In this document: positions 54,716 to 64,000 of the stretch, in pieces
Layout of the letters: each line of letters starts with the position of its first letter
How positions within the stretch are numbered: the first letter of the stretch is position 1
NCBI GenBank assembly: GCA_951406725.2
Contig: OX597821.1
Span: 11,532,001 to 11,596,000, forward strand
Direction: 5' to 3'
DNA from: Octopus vulgaris
Lineage: Eukaryota
DNA length: 64,000 nucleotides
Made by a program: the position numbers and the translations under genes
Notes under the pieces: model-generated
Database searches by the model: none
Told to the model about the DNA's origin: nothing
The model's input: only the letters and a program-made list of their open reading frames with translations

Positions 54716-54735
54716 CATATACAAACATTGCGCCT

Positions 54736-54796
<61 letters not shown>

Positions 54797-54806
54797 CATA
54801 GCGCCT

Positions 54807-54867
<61 letters not shown>

Positions 54868-55119
54868 CATAATATATGTATATATATATATATGCATAAT
54901 ATATGTATATATATATGCATAATATATATATACATATATGCATAATATATATATATATATATGCATAATATATGTATATATATATATATAAAATATATAT
55001 GCAAAATACATGTGTGTGGCGGGGTGCAGAGTTTGGCAAAAGATTGAGATCGATAGGTACGATATATAAGCATAGACGTAGTAATTCTCTTATTCATTCT
55101 ATCTATCTCTTCCAGTTAT

Positions 55120-55186
<67 letters not shown>

Positions 55187-55868
55187 AACACACACGCACA
55201 ATTACACACTCACAAACACACACGCACAAATACTAGCAAACAGTCTCGCACACTTGCTCAATATCTTCGGTCAAAATTTTCTGCTGTTTTTTTTGCCCGT
55301 TTTTTCCCTCCAACTTTAACTTTTTCCTACATTCGTTAACATTCTCTCTCTCTCTTTCACTCTCTCTCACTCACTACTTCTGTCTTCTGATATTTTATTT
55401 TTATTACTTAAGTACCCTCTCACTATCTTTATCATCACCACTTTATTCAAAAAAAAAACTAAAACACAAAAAAAGCAGAAAAGCAGTTTTTAAAATTGTT
55501 TTATCTTTTCTGATGTATATGTACTTCTTCTCTCCAAGCCTTTCTTCTTCGCTTTGTTTTTCCTGCAACTTCCTGATGCCCCTGCGACTCCTCCCTCCAC
55601 TTTTTACTCCTTTATTTCTTCAATCCTTTTGCATGCAGGCATGTATGTATGTATGTATGTATGTATGTATGTATGTATGTATGTATGTATGTATGTATGT
55701 ATGTATGTATGTATGTATGTATGTATGTATGTATGTATGTATGTATGTATGTATGTATGTTTGTATGTATGTATGTTTGTATGTATGTACGTACGTACGT
55801 ATGTATGCATGTATGTATGTATGTATGTATATATATATATCTATGTATGTATGTATGTACGTACGTAC

Positions 55869-55899
<31 letters not shown>

Positions 55900-57058
55900 T
55901 GTATGTATGTATGTATGTATGTATGTATGTACGTACGTACGTATGTATGCATGTATGTACGTATGTATGTATGCATGTATGCAATTATCTATCTGCCTCT
56001 CGCTCTCTGTCTCTGTCTATCTCTGTGTCTATACATGCGTACGTTCATTCATAAATACATATACATACACATGTGTGTATGTGTGTATATATGTATGTGT
56101 GTATGTTTTATATGTATGCATGCATGTATGTATCAATCTATCTGTTTATCTGACTCTCTGTCTGTTCGTCTATGTATCCCTGTTTCTATGTATTTCCAGT
56201 TTTCTTCTTCAGTTATTTTTGACGTGAAATTGCTTTTTCATTCAATGTTCTGTGCCAGAAGTAAGCATTTTCTTCATCCAAATCACGTTTCAGAAAGACG
56301 GGCAATCCAAGTGTTTCAACAAAAAGTATTTAGATACCGGAAAACGAAACGAAACTTCAACAAACGTATAAATATAAAACAACAAACAAAACATCGGTTT
56401 CGAAATGTCTTAAATTTCAGAAAAAAGAACCAAAGTAAAGAGGAGTGGTTAAACAAGATATCTGGTATATCACAGTGACTGATGTCAGCTGGATAAAATG
56501 TTAACGATAAAGAAAATAAGGAGGATGGAGACAATGGTGATGATGATGCTAATACTGATGATGAGAGAAAGGAAGAAAAGTTAGTGAAGCAAACAGATAA
56601 CAAAAAGGGAAATGAAGCTGCGATTTATGTTAGAGTCGGTCAGAACTTCTATGTAATCATATGGTTCCTGGATCGATTCCGTAATGTATTAAGTGATCAA
56701 ATGGTTTCTACTAGAGTATAGGCAATCAAAGTCATTTTGAGTGAAATTTGGTAGACAGAAACCTTATGAAAGGCCGTCGTTAGTTCGCTTGCCATTAATT
56801 TACCAGAAATGAAATAATCGAAATGATGGAAATATCAACCCAGTCGGTTATGTTTCGTGAATTAATTGTCAATAGAAGAGCTGGAAAGTTTCAGGTAGAA
56901 AGATACAAAATGGTACTACGTAGAGTTCACTCAGTCGCAAGCATGGCTGCGTAGTTAAAAAGTTCCTTTTGCAGTCACATTGTTTCTCATTTAGTCCGAT
57001 CGCGCGGCCGTTGGGCAAGTGTCTTTTGCTATAAACACAGGCTGTATGTACACACACT

Positions 57059-57096
<38 letters not shown>

Positions 57097-57109
57097 CAAG
57101 CATACATAC

Positions 57110-57140
<31 letters not shown>

Positions 57141-57319
57141 CATACATACATGCATACATACATACACACATACATACATACATACATACATACATACATA
57201 CATACATACATACATACATACATACATACATACATACATACATGCATGCATATATACATACGTATATATTTACTCTTAGGGCTATTATTTTACACACTAG
57301 ATTACCCGAGCTGTTAATA

Positions 57320-57445
57320 ATCTTTTCTACTCTAGGCCCGAAAGTTTTGGGGAGGGAGCTAGTCACTGGGATCGACCTCAGTGCGCAACTAGTACTTAAT
57401 TTATCGACCCCGAAATGCAGAAAGGCAAAGTCGATCTCGGCGGAG
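57320..57445 (-). mobile_element. SINE family A fragment
   Basis: TTTCTACTCTAGG tail and TTTATCGACCCCGAAA core in reverse. Confidence 0.7.
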
Positions 57446-57990
57446 CCGTTAATAATGTCAAAACTATTGTTGAAAAATGCTCATGAAAGTTTCTTTCGAG
57501 AGTAAGAGTATGTAAATAAAATGCCAAAATAAAAGTGAAATAAAGCAATTTTATTTATCCCTCACCAAATATTAGACATCATTCTTAATGTGCTTCTGCG
57601 GATGTATATGTAAGTCTGTATGTATCTGAACATGAATGAACGTGTTTGTATGAGGTTGTGTATATGTGTACGTGGAAAATCTATCGTAATATCATAACTT
57701 GTGACGTAATGATGGATATGTTTGTGTGAGTGTGCTTGCATGAATGTGCCTAGTTTACTATTCATCTGTATGTGATATGTTCTACCGCCAGCACCGTCTC
57801 TCACTTTCTTGTGCCTGCTTTTCTCCTACTTTAAATAATTACTCAGAAAATAAGTATATACATTCAAGCACACGCAGAGCATTGTATATAATGATGCCTC
57901 TGTTATATCCACCAAATGTAAAGCAAATCTAGCGAACATTGACAGATTTTGACGGAGGTTATGTACTTCTCGTGATATAAGTTTATACAC

Positions 57991-58039
<49 letters not shown>

Positions 58040-58093
58040 CACACACACACAAACACACACACGCATATATAAGTATATTTATATATTTATGCA

Positions 58094-58166
<73 letters not shown>

Positions 58167-58245
58167 ATATATAAGTTTATGTATATATACACATATGCAT
58201 ACATATATGTATATACCTATATATGTATATATGTATATATATGAG

Positions 58246-58277
<32 letters not shown>

Positions 58278-59072
58278 TACATGTATATACGTATATATAT
58301 GCATATATATGTGTGTATATACATATATATATATAGTTATATATCTTTATATATATACACATATATATTTACATATATAAATATATACATACATATGTGT
58401 ATATATATATACATACATACATACATACATACATACATACATACATACATACATACATACACATACTTGACAGCGTCTGTATCACCTTCTCCAATCAAGT
58501 TTAAATCAAATCAACATCGTCACAGAAATTCTATAGAAATTGAGTTTACCAATTTTCCATGAAAATTTCCTGAGATTATGGGAGGGGGACAAAACGAGAT
58601 GAATGCATAGTTGGAAATATAATTTGCCAAATTAATGAAATTTGAAACTGAATTAAACCGTTCCGAGAAACTGTATTGGATAGTCTTTCACGTTCGTTAT
58701 TTAAGAATCAGTTACCAAACAAAAATAAATAAATAAATATTTTAAAAATCAAAAAGAATGTAACAGGAGAGAGAAACATAAAAAAAAATTAATTTTATAC
58801 AATTCAATGATGGCTGTACGGTTGCTTAAGATATAAATTTTAGAACTTTATCATTGATTAAAAATAATGTTTGAAACTGCCAACACATTGCAATATCCTC
58901 TCTGTCTCTGTCTCTGTCTCTGTCTCTGCAGTCTGTCTGTCTGTCTCTCTCTGCTTGCACATGCACAAACGCACGTGCGCACACGCAAACACGCACGATT
59001 ACGCGTCTGTTTGTGTATGCATGACTTGATGTCCGAGTGTTCTCCGAGTGTGTTCCACCCGATCTTGATATG

Positions 59073-59111
<39 letters not shown>

Positions 59112-59112
<1 letters not shown>

Positions 59113-59320
59113 ACGGGAAGCTTTATGAAAATAAACACAAGACGAAAGCAGGTGGAATACAAACAAACAATTGTATTAGTATGGCGCTCAGGAATATAAA
59201 TAAAACAAGTCTTTTACGTTTCGAGCCTACGCTCTTCAATAGAAAGATACACAGAAAAGAAACACGGAAAGAAAGAAGGAGAGAAAAAAAGATGCGTGCA
59301 GAAGCTAGCGAATCAACATG
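59112..59320 (-). mobile_element. Second copy of the 15831 hammerhead-like element (motif at 59210-59247)
   Basis: Near-identical to 15831-16036 and flanked by (TA)n on both sides. Confidence 0.7.
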
Positions 59321-59344
59321 ATATATATATGTGTATATACATAC

Positions 59345-59409
<65 letters not shown>

Positions 59410-59413
<4 letters not shown>

Positions 59414-59688
59414 CCTGACCGTGACCAACCAGGCTATCAGATGTTGCTAAACATTGCTGGTCACAATGCGCTTTGCATTGTTTTAGCCTTCAAATGACAC
59501 TACCCCGCTGGTTAAGCGAGCAGGCCAACAGAAGAAAGCGTGAGAGAAAGTTGTGGCGAAAGAGTACAGCAGGGATTGCCACCATTCCCTGCCGGAGCCT
59601 CGTGATGTTTTAGATGTTTTCGCTCAATAAACACTCACAACGCCCGGTCTGGGAATCAAAACCTAACCACTGGGCCATCGCGCCTCCA

Positions 59689-59689
<1 letters not shown>
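59410..59689 (-). mobile_element. SINE family C, tail type 2
   Basis: Reverse match to 29530-29811. Confidence 0.85.
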
Positions 59690-59722
<33 letters not shown>

Positions 59723-59741
59723 CATATATATATATACACCC

Positions 59742-59792
<51 letters not shown>

Positions 59793-60914
59793 TCATGCAG
59801 AATTTTTAATTCATAGCTCCATAAACACCGAAGATGTATAATCATTTCTACTATACATCATTATTCAACATTCATTTTATGAAAATTGTATATGATATAC
59901 TTTGTATTACGCAACACCAAAGTGTCTGAATTTAATTCTTTATTATTCTTAAGCGCCTACTGTTTATGAGTATGACTAAATGTATTGCTTCGTAGAATTA
60001 TCACTCCTGCCCTTGAACTGTTCATAAATTCGGCCACTATCTAAATTTCTTTATATACATCCATTTCTAATGCAAACACATCGTCCGTTTGTTGTCATTT
60101 ATTTTCGTTTTATGATTAAAATATAATTATTTTTATCACATTTTATCTTATCGCTATTGTACACAAACGAACAGTTCCCAGTGTTTGAGCTTAAACATTT
60201 GGTAAGTTAAAGATTTAAATTGCTTCTAGCTTTCAGTTTATTTCAAAGTTTATTTCTGTATAATATTAAGTGTTTCCACCACTGTCATTTTGGACCTTGT
60301 TCTCTTTTGTTTCTTTCTTTTTCTTCCTTTCTTGCATTTCTATTTATTTTTTTTTTATCTCTCTCACTTTCTCTACCCACACTATAATCTTCAAGGAGTT
60401 TCGTGCAGTTGGACAATGTAAACATCTGATCAGATGCACAAAGAACAAACTACTATGGTACCTTTCAGTAAAACAATATCACCAACTGATGAACAGAAAA
60501 TAATATTCTCTCTGGACTTCTCCAAAAACTACAAGGTAGTTGTCAAATGAGCAATATTAGCTTCAGAACCCAATGTTGCCGAAGTCGCCAGCAGACGACT
60601 CGTGCAGAGGATATCTTGTAAAGGCAACTGTTATGAGACAATGATCGCATGAAAGCCAAGTAGACGCCTATGCAAAAATATATTTTAAATCACTGGAACT
60701 TTCAGGAAATCCACACCATTCTCTAAAGCTTCAAGTAAGAACATTCTTCACAATTCTTTGTAACCTGAATTATTTGTAACTTGGTAAAACTGATTAATAA
60801 ACTCACACGCCATGTTATAGACGTTGAAATATATATTAAATCTACAGTAATTGGGATGTGGAAAATTAAATATATTACTTCGTAGAATGTTTGTCACTTC
60901 TACTGATATGCCGA

Positions 60915-61080
60915 AGGCGGCTTACTGGCAGAATCGTTTGTAAGCCGGGCGCCGCGCTCAGATTTACCTTTCATCCTTTGGGGCTCGATAAAACAAGTAA
61001 CAGTTAAATGTTGGGGTCTATATAATCGACTTTACCCCTTACATCGAAATTGCTGGCCTTGTGCCAAAATTTGAAAACAT
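60915..61080 (+). mobile_element. SINE family A (degenerate)
   Basis: TGGCAGAATCG head and CCTTTCATCCTTTGGGG..CGATAAAA core. Confidence 0.7.
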
Positions 61081-62366
61081 TATTACTTATATGGTGCATC
61101 ATTTCAAGAAAATGAAAACATTCTACTTCACATTTTCTCTAATAACAAAGTCAGCCTTTGAAGGCAAGCTGGACTCTTTTGAAGGACTTCTGCTTCTCTC
61201 TAGGAAAAATACTTATTGGATATTTACTCGTTTGGAGAAAGAAGAAGCTTTACGTCAATGATCGAGATAGAAAAATCTAAGAATGTTATTATGAAGAACT
61301 TCGATGAAAATTGTTTTTCTGTTCCTTTTATTCAATACATCCGGAGATGTTATTCACTTCTTTTACGTAGAAAATATATCTTTTTCATAATATTTTTATT
61401 TCTTTATGAAAATAAATATGAAAAAGGAAACAAATAATGATATCGTGAATCTATATTGTATCTATTTATTGTTATAATATTCTATTTGTCTGTGTATTCC
61501 AATCTGTTAGATATCTTCAGAGCAAAGTCTTTTAGAATTAAAAACAAAAGAATTATAATTGTACAGTTATGGAAATCAGATAGATTGAGAGATTTTATTT
61601 TAGTAGTTTTGCTCAAAATGATGTTATTAAAAAATGTTGTTTGTACGATTTCAACCCGAATGTGAGTCTGAAATTTATTTACAGGCAAATACTTCTTGTG
61701 GCCTTCTTAGAAAACAAGCAGCTAGCTTACTCACAAGAATGGAGTTCTTACTATGGAAATTAACCTTACAACATTAAGAAGATTTTCACCGTAATAGTAA
61801 GAAGACTTTAATATATTGATAAGCTGTTGTGCCTTTTAGGAAAAAAGTAGAATAAGAAACAAATTAACAATATATTCTTCGCAATTTATTCACTTCCATT
61901 CTAGATTGTACTGATTTCTATATGTAAAATAATACCTTTTTGAACTACAAATAAAATCTGTACGAACTGAACACTACAAATATACAGTTTTTGATTTACG
62001 CGATTTCTATAACTAAGCAATTATAATTCCCTTTAAGATAAAATTTCGAAATTGAACTGACGAAATCTAACAGTTGGAAAAATGTATATATAATTGGATT
62101 ATTATCGCATGGAATACATACAAAATAGACTAGCCATGTCATTATTTATTTGTTTCACAATATATTTCAAAAGAAAAAAGTTATTTTGCTCTCTAAAAAA
62201 GTGAATAATGAAATTGTTTATGTGCGTATGCACGTATGTACGCATGTATTACATATGCATGCATGAATGCATAAATGTGTATATATGCATACAAATCCAC
62301 AGACACACATTCATGCATTGTCTGGGTGTGCATTATATATTACGTATCTATCCATCTATCTGTCTA

Positions 62367-62440
<74 letters not shown>

Positions 62441-63241
62441 TGTGTGTGTGTGTGTATGATAAGTAATATATAATACACTCTCGCACAGATACACATAGGA
62501 ATATATGCCTGTGAATATGTATGCTAATATGTGTGTATTGCTACATAGGGGGAAGCAGATAAAGAGAAAAATAGACTCATAAAACAGTGAGAAGGATATA
62601 CGCAAAGCAGAGATCGACTTACATATATACCAATTTATGAGAAAGAAATTAAAGAGATGACAGGATATTGCCGTTGCTAGCTTTGATCGATTCATCATTT
62701 AATCGATAGCTGGACAGCGATTGACACTGATATAAGATAATACGTCGACAAATTTTCAAACGCAAACACACAGACCCATATGCATATCTATTTACGTCAT
62801 CATGAAAAATTGTTGTATAGGTAGACAAACATGTATACTAACAGACTTAAAGATATACGCGAAGATATACAGAGAGATAACTAAATATACAGTATATGCA
62901 GATTGATAAAGTTTGTTACATACTTTCATTTATACCTACATATATATACATATCTACTTAAGCTATGCAAATCTATAACATAGATGGGCAAACGTTCATG
63001 CAAACAGACTTACAGATATACATAAAGATATATTAGATAGATAACTAAATATAAACGCTGATTGTAAACTATTCGTAAATTTTCTATCTTCTAATAAAAA
63101 GTTAAGGAAAGTGAGATAATTCGGAGCGGGTGCAAAAGCACGATGGTCACTGTAAGTAATAGTTAGTCTAGACAAAAGTTCATAGACGTATTCTAAAATT
63201 CCTTTGCTATGAGGACTGGATAGTCGAACGTTTCGCGTCTA

Positions 63242-63412
63242 TGCTCTTGGTCTAAGAAAGAAGGAAAGACAGATAGATAATAGTGCTCTTGGGCTAAGAA
63301 AAGGGGTAAAACAGAAAGAAAATAGTGTCTTTGGTCTAAGAAAAAGAGTGAGACAGAAAGATAATAGTGCACTTGTTCTAAGAAAGAGGGAAAGACAGAA
63401 GGATGAGAGTGC
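63242..63412. repeat. ~42-bp minisatellite, 4 copies
   Basis: TG(C)TCTTGGTCTAAGAAA...ACAGAAAGATAATAG is repeated. Confidence 0.85.
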
Positions 63413-63956
63413 GAGCAAGTAAAACAATAGATAGACTATATGACCATCATTGACAAATTATCCAATCCTAGATGTTAAATCCAACGGCTGTCAGCAATAA
63501 CAGCTTACCTAATAGACCAAGTAGTTCAAAAACATGAGCGATATCACTGGCTTCGACGTTGGTCTTATTTAAGAATTCCCTACTTCTAAAGAGATGTCGA
63601 ACCATAGACTAAGGGTCTACGTATCCCAGCTCTTAAATACCCGTTGACTCAACGTTATTTAATCGTCCCTTGACGTATTTTGCTTTCCATCCTGCGGGAT
63701 ATCCGACACAAGTAACTCTCCTCACGCACCATGTACGGTGGCCGGTTTAGTCACCGACAACCCGGCCATATCTAATGTTGTAAATAGTTGCATCTTACAA
63801 GTAGCATTAAGAATGACCTGACATTGCATGAAGAGTGTCCTTAAACATATCCATACATAGAACACAAATAAATCTCCATCGGTTTCGACGATGTGTATTC
63901 AACGTTATGGCTAATTAAACAAGACGCTCGTTGATTTAGCTAGTAAATGGCTGAGT

Positions 63957-64000
63957 GTGGAGGCGCAATGGCTCAGTGGTTAGGGCAGCGGACTCGCGGT
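63957..64000 (+). mobile_element. SINE family C head, cut by the window end
   Basis: GTGGAGGCGCAATGGCTCAGTGGTTAGGGCAGCGGACTCGCGGT. Confidence 0.85.

Noticed and set aside
63200-63245. Hammerhead-like CTATGAG-GACT..AGTC-GAA
   Set aside because: Both core strands are defective and there is no stem I.

Overview
This is AT-rich, microsatellite-saturated, non-genic animal DNA. The SINE repertoire looks octopus-like to me, which is an inference from recall. I could not support any intact host gene, and nearly all ORFs in the supplied track are microsatellite artefacts. The window is a mosaic of mobile elements: four tRNA-derived SINE families (labelled A-D here), two 5'-truncated CR1-group LINE copies, a Penelope-like GIY-YIG fragment, a Tx1/L1-like 3' end inside (TATC)n, an R4/Dong-like RLE fragment, two decayed DD37D (maT) transposons, mariner and Tigger MITEs, a long-TIR MITE and non-autonomous Helitrons. 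The most notable signal is about ten type-I hammerhead-ribozyme-like motifs in short elements, most of them next to (TA)n tracts. Two stand out. One is a 652-bp tandem unit with one hammerhead per unit plus an inverted terminal segment (retrozyme/Penelope pLTR-like, 51713-53021). The other is a TSD-flanked 316-bp element that fuses a tRNA-type Pol III head to a hammerhead-bearing tail (46301-46616). All folds were read by eye and ribozyme activity is untested.
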